From a virus (taxonomy: Duplodnaviria; Caudoviricetes): a DNA stretch of 36,878 nt. The notes under the pieces were generated by a model. That model was not told the DNA's origin. It saw only the letters and a program-made list of their open reading frames with translations, and did no database searches. Numbering within the stretch: the first letter of the stretch is position 1; each line of letters begins with the position of its first letter. The DNA lies in the IMG/VR virus record IMGVR_UViG_3300017747_002624, positions 1-36,878 of that record; one strand, 5' to 3'. Shown piece after piece: positions 17,192-26,294 of the stretch. Made by a program: the position numbers and the translations under genes.

Positions 17192-17901
17192 AGCGGCCAA
17201 CTCCCCGAAGGCACCCATATTCCGGGTTTCGGCCCGTTCCAGTTGTTCCCGTCCATGTGCAGATCCGGCTTGCCGCCGTCGCGGTTGGACGTGTCTTTGA
17301 ACTGCGTTTCGTACATCCGCATGTCCTCGGCGTAGTCCAGGCCCTTTTCCTTCTTCCACCACGCCCGCAGGCCCATCAGCAGCAGCGATTCCGGCAGGAG
17401 CATCGTGTCGGTGTCGAGGGTAAAATACTCCTTGTAGGTTGTCCCGTCCGCGCCGAGAATCCAGTAGCGGGACTTGTACTCAAACGCCCACGTCAGACCC
17501 GCAGGCGGTATCGGATTGACAAGGAAGTTCCCGTTCAGGATGCGAAAGCGGTAGCGCGGCCCGGTGACGAACACCGCCTTCAGCGCCTGCCATTCCACCC
17601 CGTCCATGGGTCCAAGGATCGGAAGAATGGTCGAGCGGTCCCAAAGGGTCATGTTCATGACCGACCCCCACCCGCCGCCTGCGACGGTCGTCATCGGCCC
17701 TTGGTCCTCGGTAGCGGTCGTCGTGTGCAACTTCTGGAACGTGGTCCCCTGCCAGGTGGCGCGGCTGTTGGCATCAATGCCGATCTCCTCAAGCAACGCC
17801 TTGATCTGCGTCACTTGCGGATCGGTACTGCCCATCACCGTTGCGGGGGACGGAAGGTTCGTGCGCTCGCAGAACCGTTGAACGAGGGTCAAGAGCGACA
17901 T
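17188..17901 (-). CDS. Head-tail adaptor protein
   Basis: MSLLTLVQ...NPIP...FEYKS...KGLDYAE; position after the head genes. Confidence 0.7.
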   Translation of the reverse strand: MSLLTLVQRFCERTNLPSPATVMGSTDPQVTQIKALLEEIGIDANSRATWQGTTFQKLHTTTATEDQGPMTTVAGGGWGSVMNMTLWDRSTILPILGPMDGVEWQALKAVFVTGPRYRFRILNGNFLVNPIPPAGLTWAFEYKSRYWILGADGTTYKEYFTLDTDTMLLPESLLLMGLRAWWKKEKGLDYAEDMRMYETQFKDTSNRDGGKPDLHMDGNNWNGPKPGIWVPSGSWPL

Positions 17902-18498
17902 TTACGCGGCCTTCTTCTGCTTTCCGCCGTCCAGTTGCGCAAGAAGGCGCTTGTTCGCCTCCATGAGTTCCTGAACCTGCGCATCGAGCGCATCCACCCG
18001 GCTCTTGAGCGCGGCGTTTTCCTGCGCGACCTTGCCGGAGTCCTTGGCCGAGTTCAGCCACGCGCTTGCTTTGTTCTTGAGATCGAGCGCCCCCATGCCG
18101 TAGCGCCGCATGCCTTCGTCGTTGATCGCGGCCAAGTCCTCCACGGTCTTGACGCCAATGGCAATCAGGTTGGATTGCTGCGCCGGAGACAGGATGGCCC
18201 ATCCCTTGATCGGCACACCGTCGAGCGGGATTTCCTGCCCGTCCTTCCACGCCTGATAAGCGGCCTTGTACTTGTCGCGCCACGCGCCCGGCAGGCGCTG
18301 CGCCGCGACGTTCGCCTCCAGCGATGCCAGCCAGTCCGGCACTTCCTGCTCGATGCGGTCCTTCGAGTACGGCGGCGTGATGATTGCGACATCCACGTCC
18401 TTGGAGACGTAATGCCCGGCTTCGATGCTCGCGTTCCGGTCCTCTTTGGCGCGGCGCTCGAACGTCACATACGCGGGGCGGTCCTCTTTGATGTCCAT
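17902..18498 (-). CDS. Conserved phage hypothetical protein (head-neck region)
   Basis: DGVPIKGW...GVKTVEDLA core plus coiled-coil tail; AGG RBS. Confidence 0.7.
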   Translation of the reverse strand: MDIKEDRPAYVTFERRAKEDRNASIEAGHYVSKDVDVAIITPPYSKDRIEQEVPDWLASLEANVAAQRLPGAWRDKYKAAYQAWKDGQEIPLDGVPIKGWAILSPAQQSNLIAIGVKTVEDLAAINDEGMRRYGMGALDLKNKASAWLNSAKDSGKVAQENAALKSRVDALDAQVQELMEANKRLLAQLDGGKQKKAA

Positions 18499-19965
18499 TT
18501 ATGCAGCCTTCCTTTCCGTTGAAATCTCCCGCGCAACATGCGGCAGGAGTCCGTCGCCGTGAACCGTGATGACACAGCCCGCAGCGACCAATTGCCTGGC
18601 CAACTCTTGAAATTCCTGCGCCTGGGCGATCATCCAAAGCGCCGAGCGAAACTTTCGACCACCAGCCACGCAATCGACCACGCGGTCCGCGTCGTTCTGC
18701 GGCTGATCGTAGGCGTGGTGATCGGCGGCGAAGCTCGAATCCATCCCGTACAGGTGGAACGTGCGATACCCGAGGCAGTACGCGGCAGCGATGGCCTGCA
18801 ACGCCACGGTGGAGCCGCCTGACAACAGGTTGACCGCGCCCCGGTTTTGCGGGATGTGATCGAGCACCCCTGCGGTGTTGCTGTGCATGAGAACGATCGG
18901 ACACCCGTTCACCGCCTCAAACAGGCTTGAATCGCATTGGGAGGCCATCAGGTAGGTCGTGCCGGAATCGCGCTGCACAAACGCGAGGTTTTCCGGGCGG
19001 GCGTCCATGAGCACGTGATATTCCGGCTGCACCCCTGCGGCTTTCAGGAACCGGAACGTGTTGTTCGTGGCGAATACCGCGTGGCCATTGTCGGTCCAGT
19101 AAGGCAGCTCGTGCATCGTCTCGCGCAGCGAAGGTCCACCACCGACAATCACCGCATGCCGGTCGTGCGCCTCCATGCGGGGCAACCACGGAACCGATAG
19201 GCTGCACGCATGGCGGATGTTCGCGGCGAGTTTCTCGTCCGCCGTGTTGCACACCGTCGCCAGTTCCCGAGCACTTCCGCCGCCTTTCTTCCAGATCATC
19301 GGCACCCATTCGCCGCCCGCGTTGTGCGGACGCGGCTCGCCGTGAAAGCACACCACCCGCGCCGAGCGGGGAGGATTCGGGCGGCAATGCGCCTTGAAAG
19401 AGACGAACACGCCCGGAAAGATGTCTTGCAGGATCTCCGGCTGCGGCGGCGTCCAATTCACCACATGCGGATACCGGGCGTCCTGATGGGATCGGAAGTA
19501 GTTCTCTAACCATTCCTGATCGCCCCGCGCCAGATGCGGTTTACCGGCATAAACGAACTCGCGCCAGATTTCGGTCCCGTAGCCGCCGCGCCAAAGCATG
19601 ACGGCAGGGCCGAGGCCCTCAGGCCGGTAGAAATCGCGCAAGGTGGAGAAGTCGCCTTCGTACTTGACCACATCGTCCAGCGGCCCGGTGATGAGCGTAT
19701 CAAGGTCAAGAAACATGACCCGCTCGCCGTCCTTGAACACGCCCGGCTTGAACAGGTACAGCTTGTTGTGCCAGCCCTCCAGATCGCCGGGAACCGGGCG
19801 CGTCTCTATTCCCTCATCCAGTCCGCGAGCGTCATCGGTAAAGCACACAAAGCGGCCTTCAAAACTGTCCGGCAGGTTTCGCCGCACCATGTCGAACAGG
19901 ACGTTCACGTACTCCGCGCCGCGCCCGAGGTAGTTGCTCACCTGAACACAGCAAACGGTCAGCAT
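18499..19965 (-). CDS. Two-domain glycosyltransferase: GT-A domain fused to a Maf/DUF115 (MptE-like) domain
   Basis: N-half FVCFTD, GWHNKL.LF, FLDLD (DxD), GDQEW, VCFHGEPRP; C-half AVIVGGGPSL, P.YHVLMDAR, GGSTV, LGYRTFHLYGMDSS. Confidence 0.8.
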   Translation of the reverse strand: MLTVCCVQVSNYLGRGAEYVNVLFDMVRRNLPDSFEGRFVCFTDDARGLDEGIETRPVPGDLEGWHNKLYLFKPGVFKDGERVMFLDLDTLITGPLDDVVKYEGDFSTLRDFYRPEGLGPAVMLWRGGYGTEIWREFVYAGKPHLARGDQEWLENYFRSHQDARYPHVVNWTPPQPEILQDIFPGVFVSFKAHCRPNPPRSARVVCFHGEPRPHNAGGEWVPMIWKKGGGSARELATVCNTADEKLAANIRHACSLSVPWLPRMEAHDRHAVIVGGGPSLRETMHELPYWTDNGHAVFATNNTFRFLKAAGVQPEYHVLMDARPENLAFVQRDSGTTYLMASQCDSSLFEAVNGCPIVLMHSNTAGVLDHIPQNRGAVNLLSGGSTVALQAIAAAYCLGYRTFHLYGMDSSFAADHHAYDQPQNDADRVVDCVAGGRKFRSALWMIAQAQEFQELARQLVAAGCVITVHGDGLLPHVAREISTERKAA

Positions 19966-20609
19966 GTGACCTCCAGCGCCGAGCGTACCCGCGCCACATC
20001 CGCCGCCCTGCCGTTCAGTTTCCAGTCCTCGTACAAGGACTGATCCGCGCCGACATGACCGCGCTCGAACACATCCTTGTCGCCCGTCACGGTGAAATGC
20101 AGATGCCGGGTGATGACTTCCGGCACATAGACCAGCGTATCGCCCACGTCCTGGGCAATGTCGCGCAGAAGGTTGTCCCAGTAGAAATGCCCGAAAGCCG
20201 GGTGCGCAATCCACCCCAAGGCGCGGACCAGCTCGCCACCGATGCAGGGATGCCCAATCGGGGGATTCGGACGCATCAGGTTGTCACCAAAAGCGATCTT
20301 CCAACTGCCTGCCGCGTGCGCCAGAGCTCGGTCCCATTCGGGCGTCTCCGGAACGCAGTCATCGGCCATCAGGAAGTAACGCGGCTCGCCCGGCGCGTAG
20401 AAGAACGCTCCGTCGTTGTACTTCTTGCCCACGAGCGACGGCGCGACCTCGACATGCCGCCAGTTCGCCGGAAGATCCACGCTCAGATACGCCTCCCGGT
20501 CTCGCGGCTCGGTCATGAGCAGCCCCGGCTCGGTCGCCTTGGTCGCGGCGTAAGCGTCGAAAAACCGCTTGAGCTTTTGGGGGCGTCCTCGGGAAGGCAG
20601 CAATATCAT
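19959..20609 (-). CDS. GT-A fold (GT2-like) glycosyltransferase
   Basis: ILLPSRGRP start, LMADD, WD, H.YWDN, V...HLH; AAGGA RBS. Confidence 0.75.
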   Translation of the reverse strand: MILLPSRGRPQKLKRFFDAYAATKATEPGLLMTEPRDREAYLSVDLPANWRHVEVAPSLVGKKYNDGAFFYAPGEPRYFLMADDCVPETPEWDRALAHAAGSWKIAFGDNLMRPNPPIGHPCIGGELVRALGWIAHPAFGHFYWDNLLRDIAQDVGDTLVYVPEVITRHLHFTVTGDKDVFERGHVGADQSLYEDWKLNGRAADVARVRSALEVTC

Positions 20610-20624
20610 CGTTGTCCTTGGTAT

Positions 20625-20654
20625 TCGCAGGGCGACCCGAAAGCCGCCCTGCGA
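20625..20654 (-). other. Strong hairpin between capsid genes and glycosyltransferases
   Basis: TCGCAGGGCG pairs with CGCCCTGCGA (10 bp); no U-tract on the coding strand. Confidence 0.55.
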
Positions 20655-20679
20655 GATTAAACAGCGCCGTTGCCGACGC

Positions 20680-21177
20680 TCAAATCTTCTGACCCTGCAT
20701 ATGCGGGTACTCGATCGTGACAATGACCGTCGAGGTCGTCGTCACCACCGTGGCCGCATTCGCAGTACGCGCACCGAGCACCTGCTTGCCCGAGGCGACG
20801 GTCGGCATGATCCGTCCCGCCGTCGCGCTGACGAAGATCGGCACATCGGGCGACACAGCGACGGTCGTTTTCTTCATGACCGCTGCGCCCTTGATCTGAT
20901 ACCAGCCGTACTGACTGGCGACGTTGGCTGACATCGCAACGCCCACCGGCTGCGCCAGATTTGCCGTATTCGGGCAAAGCGTGGTCGCGCCGGTATAGGC
21001 GTTGAAGGTCACCATGCTTCCGACCACCGTCGAAGCAACGCCGAGGAGATAGATGAATTCCCCCTCGCCGTAGATCGGGTCCCACGCACGGACCTTCGTC
21101 CCGACCGGATGTTTCGATGTGGTTTCGGTGTTGGCGATGGGCTGCGCACCGGCAAGACTGACAATTGCATAAGCCAT
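20680..21177 (-). CDS. Capsid decoration/cement protein
   Basis: Directly after the capsid gene; GEFIYL...VGVAM...QYGWYQIKG; Thr/Val/Ala-rich. Confidence 0.65.
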   Translation of the reverse strand: MAYAIVSLAGAQPIANTETTSKHPVGTKVRAWDPIYGEGEFIYLLGVASTVVGSMVTFNAYTGATTLCPNTANLAQPVGVAMSANVASQYGWYQIKGAAVMKKTTVAVSPDVPIFVSATAGRIMPTVASGKQVLGARTANAATVVTTTSTVIVTIEYPHMQGQKI

Positions 21178-21207
21178 GATTCGTTTTCCTTTCCGCGTCG
21201 AGAGGGC

Positions 21208-22185
21208 TTACGCCTTCATGACGCCTTGACGGTTGCGGTTGGCGAGCGTCAGGTTGCCCATCCAGAGAATGGTCACGACCGCGCCGTCCTGATTGACCGG
21301 GCGAATCTCGTCCATCACTTCCAGATCGGCGTCCCTGTGCGCCACGAGTTCGAGGTAGCGGGTATTGATGAAGTACCCGTGCGCGGTCGGGATGCCCGAG
21401 CCACCGTCGAAGAGAACGTCCGCGTTCTTGTACTTCAGGCCCACGAAGCCGGCGTCCGCCATCTCCTTGTCCATGTACCGCTTGAGCGACACCTGGCTGG
21501 CCTCGAAATACGAGTAGTAGTCGTTCGAGAACACGAGCAGATCGGGCTGGTCGTCCGGTCCGCGATCGAGTTCAAGCCAGAGCGGGAGCATCATCCCGCT
21601 CTCGATCGTGGTCGGACCCACGGTGATGGCCGAGCCGCCTTGCAGCGGTGCCGCCGCCGATTGCACCTTGTTCTGCCAGAACGTCCACGTCGAGGAGTCG
21701 ATGCCGCCGACCGTGCCGGTGCCTGCGTCCGCGATCAGCGCCTGCAACCCGTTCACCTGGTTCGACAACGACCCGGACGAATAGATGTCCGAGGAGAAGT
21801 TGTTATTGTAGGTGTGGATCGCGTTCTTCAGCTTGGACTTCGCGAGGTTGATGATCCGGGAGTCGCCGCTGTTGATGCGCAGTTCACGACCGCTGGACAC
21901 CACGTTGATCGCGATCTGCCGCCACTGATACTCGGCGCTCGAAATCACGTCGCTGGCCGCGATGTTCAGCTCGTCCCAGTCGCTGTAGCGCTGGTAGGTG
22001 CTGTTCGTCGTGTATTCCAGCGGGCAGGCGATGGTCAGACCGCCGTCCTCGGTGCGGTAGTTGCCGCGTTTCTTCATGTACTTCAGCAGAGCGTTGCGGT
22101 TCGATACGTTGTCCGCAACATCCCTGCGCACCTTGCGGAACGTGGTCGAAACCAGTTCCGTGAACGTGCTGTTGGGGGATGCCAT
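21208..22185 (-). CDS. Major capsid protein
   Basis: 325 aa after the scaffold; ADNVSNRNALL, SAEYQWRQ, GTVGGID, W.GNLT..NR..QGV; AGGAG RBS. Confidence 0.88.
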   Translation of the reverse strand: MASPNSTFTELVSTTFRKVRRDVADNVSNRNALLKYMKKRGNYRTEDGGLTIACPLEYTTNSTYQRYSDWDELNIAASDVISSAEYQWRQIAINVVSSGRELRINSGDSRIINLAKSKLKNAIHTYNNNFSSDIYSSGSLSNQVNGLQALIADAGTGTVGGIDSSTWTFWQNKVQSAAAPLQGGSAITVGPTTIESGMMLPLWLELDRGPDDQPDLLVFSNDYYSYFEASQVSLKRYMDKEMADAGFVGLKYKNADVLFDGGSGIPTAHGYFINTRYLELVAHRDADLEVMDEIRPVNQDGAVVTILWMGNLTLANRNRQGVMKA

Positions 22186-22215
22186 GTTTGTAAAGCTCCT
22201 GTCGGTTTAGCGGGA

Positions 22216-23229
22216 TCAGGTTCGATTCCTGATGTCCGCGAGGGTGTCGTTGAGAATTTCATCCACGTTCTGGATCGTTCCCTTCGGCCCTGTCGGAGCG
22301 CGAGCGGTGTCTTGACCTCGGACGTTTGCTGCGGTTGCTTTCTTCGCCTTTTGGGCGGCTTCCTGTGCTTTCTTGCGATTCGCCTCGGCGGCTTCTGTCT
22401 GAATCCGACCGATTTCCTTCTGGCGCGTCACAGGGTTGGCCCATACGGCCTTTTCATAGGCTTCCTTCAACGGAAGCCCGGTCTTGATGAGCAGCACAAT
22501 GTCGTCGGCCACTTCATCAAAATAGGGGTTCGCAGGATCGCGGGCGAAGGCATCTACATCCTTCGCGGTCTGCTCCTGCCGTGCGGTGTAATCGGCGCGT
22601 TCCCGAGCGGTCATCGTCTCGGTCAGGCGGTTGACCTGATCGCGCAAGGCCGTCACCTCGGGCGGCAGCGGCGTTGCGCTCTCCTGCCCCTGCCCAGGCG
22701 CCTGAGCGTTCAGCGTCAGCCCGTAGGACTGCGCCACGCGGGCAAGATAGGCCATCTTCTGCTCAGGACTGCCCATCGACAGGTTCTTGTGCGCGGCGAA
22801 CAGGAATTCGACCGCCTTCGTGGCGTCAATCCCCTGCTGCTGGAGAACGTCCTGATAGCGGTCAATCACGCCCTTGAGCGAGCGCCCGTATTCGGCGTCG
22901 GACTTGTAGCCGGTCAGTCCGTCGAGCATCTGCTTTTCGCGCTCAAGGTAATACTTCTGCGCAGCCGGGTCCATCTTTTCCCACACGGGCGCGAGATCCT
23001 TTTTCCACGACTGCGGAAGCGCGATCTTTTCCGGTGCGGCGGGCGCATCCGTGGCCGTGTCGCCTTCAGGCGCTTCGGTGTCGAGCTTCAGGTCGGCATC
23101 GTTTGTCTCCGCGCCTGTCCCGGCGTCTGCGGCCTTGTCGATCGCCGAATCCAGATCGTCCGCAGGCGGCTCCGTGCCGAGGATGTCCGCCGCGAGGGAG
23201 TTGGAAGCTTCGTTGATGTCAAGGTCCAT
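22216..23229 (-). CDS. Scaffolding protein
   Basis: Acidic N-terminus, PQSWKKD...WEKMDP, L.EAYEKAVWANP; upstream of the capsid gene. Confidence 0.8.
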   Translation of the reverse strand: MDLDINEASNSLAADILGTEPPADDLDSAIDKAADAGTGAETNDADLKLDTEAPEGDTATDAPAAPEKIALPQSWKKDLAPVWEKMDPAAQKYYLEREKQMLDGLTGYKSDAEYGRSLKGVIDRYQDVLQQQGIDATKAVEFLFAAHKNLSMGSPEQKMAYLARVAQSYGLTLNAQAPGQGQESATPLPPEVTALRDQVNRLTETMTARERADYTARQEQTAKDVDAFARDPANPYFDEVADDIVLLIKTGLPLKEAYEKAVWANPVTRQKEIGRIQTEAAEANRKKAQEAAQKAKKATAANVRGQDTARAPTGPKGTIQNVDEILNDTLADIRNRT

Positions 23230-23246
23230 GTCGTTCTTTCCGCCTG

Positions 23247-23657
23247 TCAGGCTCGGGTGAGTTCAAGATCCGCGCCGCTGCGCAGTTCCTGTTCCAGCAA
23301 TTCGCGCTTGCGGGTGGGCATGCGCTCGATCTCTGCATCAAAGGTTTCTTCCACGCGCCGCCCGAGCGCCTCGTTGTCGCGTTCCAGGCGCTTCATGTAG
23401 TCTTTTTTCATCTCGGGGGCGTACTCGACGCAGTTGTGCCGAGCCATGTCCTCGATGCGTGCGGATTTCGTGGTGATCGCCCGTCCGTCGATCGGCGAGG
23501 TGTACTCGACGTTCTTGACTATCCCCATCGGCGCGGTGAGAAACACGCGGTGCGCAGGCGATCCGCAGTCGCAAAGGCGCTCTTTTTCAAGGTCCACCAG
23601 CGGGACAAACGCCTCGAACGTGTGGCCAGCGCAGCACAGGAAGTCGTGGAGAGGCAC
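23247..23657 (-). CDS. FmdB-like Zn-ribbon protein
   Basis: MPLHDFLC..GHTFE...CDCG; YTSPIDGRAIT. Confidence 0.7.
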   Translation of the reverse strand: MPLHDFLCCAGHTFEAFVPLVDLEKERLCDCGSPAHRVFLTAPMGIVKNVEYTSPIDGRAITTKSARIEDMARHNCVEYAPEMKKDYMKRLERDNEALGRRVEETFDAEIERMPTRKRELLEQELRSGADLELTRA

Positions 23658-24157
23658 TAGAGCACCATCATCAGTTCTTCGTCGTCGCGCTGACGACGCT
23701 TGCGAGCCACAAAGATGGCGATGCGGGCTTGGACATCCGCAAGCACTTCCTGCAATTGGGCGTCCGCCTTGGCTTCATCGGCCATCCTCTGGACTTGCGC
23801 CCGCACCTCGGCAACGGCCTGCACACCGGCCAGCTCGCGCAGGAGCGGGGCGGCTTTCTTGGGCGCAAGCGTTTCACGAAGGACGGCCTCGATTTGCGCA
23901 AGTAGCCGCCGCTCTTCTTCCTGCGTTGCTCCGAGCCATCCGCCGCCACCGCCGCCACCGGACGCCGCAGGAGCAACCGGCGTTTGGATCGCGCCAATGA
24001 CCGCCCATTGGTCATCGTCCTCCGTCCACGCGATAGCAGCGTCCACGACAGGCGCGGCAATTTCTCCGACGATTGCCCAAGCGTCGTCGCTTTCGGTCCA
24101 GGCGATTTCCGCCGTGACCGAGCCGCTACCGCCTGTAAGCGCAAGGAGAAGTGACAT
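23657..24157 (-). CDS. Hypothetical protein
   Basis: Two AWTE.DD.WA repeats, a Gly linker and an RRQRDDEELMMVL tail. Confidence 0.65.
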   Translation of the reverse strand: MSLLLALTGGSGSVTAEIAWTESDDAWAIVGEIAAPVVDAAIAWTEDDDQWAVIGAIQTPVAPAASGGGGGGGWLGATQEEERRLLAQIEAVLRETLAPKKAAPLLRELAGVQAVAEVRAQVQRMADEAKADAQLQEVLADVQARIAIFVARKRRQRDDEELMMVL

Positions 24158-25618
24158 TTATTCCCAGCCGTAGGTCGGCGTCCACATGAAAAAGATCGTC
24201 TGCGATGCCGTTGCCGTGCCGACAATGAATTTGCCCACGACTTGCACAAACTCGCCGGGGTTCACGAATACGGGCGCATCGCCAAAGTCCACGACGATTG
24301 CGCCGCCCTGCGGGCCCGCTCCGATCCCGGCTGCTACCGGCCATGTCATGAATCCGAGTGGAACCCGGCGAGGCGCTTTTGCCGCTGCCGCCTCTGTTGT
24401 TGCAAGCGACACGGACGTATGCCCGTAAGCAAGACTGAATTCGATGGTCGTGGCTGTGGTGGCTACCGCAGCGCCGGTATTCACCGCGTCAAGACGCACC
24501 CCGCGAAGAACGCATCGCCTGCCTTGAATGTTCACCGTGCCAGCGGGGATCTGGTAACTGCCCCAAATGCCGTCCGTTGATCCGCCCACTGCTGCGGTCA
24601 CCAAGCCCTGTCCGCCAAGGCCTCCCGGAAGGTTGGCCGTCAGCGCGGTGTTGGAAGGCGCGGCAGCAGTCGGGTTGGTGCTGTTGGCGTAGGTCGCAAG
24701 CGACCCCATTGTTCCGCCCGAAAGCCCTTGATAGGAGCCATACACCCGCTGCCCCATGATCGACGCAGTTTGGGCAATGTTGGGACCGCCGATGCTGATC
24801 GTGTAGTCGTTCAACACGAACGAGAACGCGGAACCTGCTGCACCGCCCACAATTGCATGCCGCATTGCAAACGGCAGCGAGGCACTCATGCACGGCTGGC
24901 CCTGACCTACTGGCGTCGGGATCGTTCCGTAGAGAACATCATTGATCCAAAAATAAACCGCCGTTTCGTGAACGGAGACGATAAATTGATACTTCTGGTT
25001 GTTCGTGTAGGTGAACGCAAACGCGCTCGTCGTCGTTTCCGATCCGTTGGATTTGACCACGCCGAACACGCCCGACGAGTTGACGCGGAAATAGACCCCA
25101 TCGGTCGGCGCGTAGGGGTTGGTGGTCGCCATGCGGCACATGCCGAAATCGACCGTCGTATTCGTCGTCGGCTGCGCTGTAAAACTGCCTTCGATCTCGC
25201 AATACAGCATGGACGCGCCAAGCACGGGGAACTCGGCGTACGTGTTTATCTGCGTGCCGGTCGTGGTTGTCGTGATGTTGCCGCTGTTGGTCGTCAGCCC
25301 CGACGCGGCCCACGTGTTAGCCATCGTTGTGTTGCGGTACGCGAATTTCCCGGTGTTCTGCGCCGTGTAGTTGAACGTTTCGCAGTCAAACAACGCTTCT
25401 TGGGATACGCGAATCCGGTAGTCGTCGTCCGTCTCGGGACTGGCGATATACACGTTTCCGGTCTTGGTTCCAGCGTCGTTTTCAGAGAAAAACCGCGCTG
25501 CGCCGACATTGCCGGGATTGGCAGACGGGTTGGTCTCCGTAACGACTTTCAGTTGATTGGACGAATCAACCTCCGCCACGTTGCCGCTGGTGTTGCCCTC
25601 GATGCGAAATCCTGCCAT
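24158..25618 (-). CDS. Putative virion fibre / lectin-like beta-rich protein
   Basis: 486 aa, Thr/Gly/Ala/Asn-rich; concanavalin-like segment (GVYFRVN...VYFWINDVLYGTI). Confidence 0.55.
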   Translation of the reverse strand: MAGFRIEGNTSGNVAEVDSSNQLKVVTETNPSANPGNVGAARFFSENDAGTKTGNVYIASPETDDDYRIRVSQEALFDCETFNYTAQNTGKFAYRNTTMANTWAASGLTTNSGNITTTTTGTQINTYAEFPVLGASMLYCEIEGSFTAQPTTNTTVDFGMCRMATTNPYAPTDGVYFRVNSSGVFGVVKSNGSETTTSAFAFTYTNNQKYQFIVSVHETAVYFWINDVLYGTIPTPVGQGQPCMSASLPFAMRHAIVGGAAGSAFSFVLNDYTISIGGPNIAQTASIMGQRVYGSYQGLSGGTMGSLATYANSTNPTAAAPSNTALTANLPGGLGGQGLVTAAVGGSTDGIWGSYQIPAGTVNIQGRRCVLRGVRLDAVNTGAAVATTATTIEFSLAYGHTSVSLATTEAAAAKAPRRVPLGFMTWPVAAGIGAGPQGGAIVVDFGDAPVFVNPGEFVQVVGKFIVGTATASQTIFFMWTPTYGWE

Positions 25619-25620
25619 TT

Positions 25621-25914
25621 TCAGTCAGCCCAAACGTAGCGAGCCTTAAATTCCCCCGTCAGGCGCAGAAGGCTCATTGCCTGCGCCGTGAAACCGACCC
25701 CTGCCGACCTTGCAATGGCCTGAACCGACAGCCCTCCAAGGGGAAGCATCTGATGCTCAATGGTGTTGTGATCCGCCGTCGAATCCGTCCCCATCAGATA
25801 AAGCTCGACATTGGAGGCCGCACCGATACCGGCGTCCGAAACAACTGCGCTTGTCACGTTCGTTCCGGGGGCAGCGCCGAAATCGAAGGTCACCGTTCCT
25901 TGTCCGGTCGCCAT
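25621..25914 (-). CDS. Small putative structural protein
   Basis: TGATG coupling; beta-rich. Confidence 0.6.
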   Translation of the reverse strand: MATGQGTVTFDFGAAPGTNVTSAVVSDAGIGAASNVELYLMGTDSTADHNTIEHQMLPLGGLSVQAIARSAGVGFTAQAMSLLRLTGEFKARYVWAD

Positions 25915-26294
25915 CAGGCGTTCCCCCTGGCAATCGAGAAAGACGTGACCGAGCAAGTCGATCCAATTGACACCACGGGTGTGTTCAGCGTGATCTCTGC
26001 GCCCACGCCAAGGTCGATCAAGAACGTCCCGCCAGAGGTCGTGATTCGTCCCCACGTGGCCGTTCCCGCTGCAATCCCTGTGGTGTCAGGAGGAAGGGTC
26101 GGAGAAAGCGTTGCGCTGGCAGCGGCGGCGGCGAAAGGCGTCCCCAAGGTGAATTCGGCCAGCTTGGTGGTTGCCGCTCCGCCCGTTGCCGGGCGAGTTC
26201 CATCGTAGAGCGCCAACTTTCCCGCGCTGCCGATTGCCGCTGTAATGGCGTCAAGCTGGGCGTTTCGCAGCGTCGTTGCGTACCCTGCGGCCAT
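25914..26294 (-). CDS. Putative fibre-associated structural protein
   Basis: RNAQLDAI...LYDGTRPA...GTATWGRI pattern of small phage virion proteins. Confidence 0.6.
   Translation of the reverse strand: MAAGYATTLRNAQLDAITAAIGSAGKLALYDGTRPATGGAATTKLAEFTLGTPFAAAAASATLSPTLPPDTTGIAAGTATWGRITTSGGTFLIDLGVGAEITLNTPVVSIGSTCSVTSFSIARGNA

Noticed and set aside
21109-23400. 763-aa + strand ORF, and other long antisense ORFs such as 17170-18522, 26636-28090 and 2001-3101
   Set aside because: They mirror well-supported genes on the other strand, have no recognisable motifs, and are expected from GC-rich codon bias.
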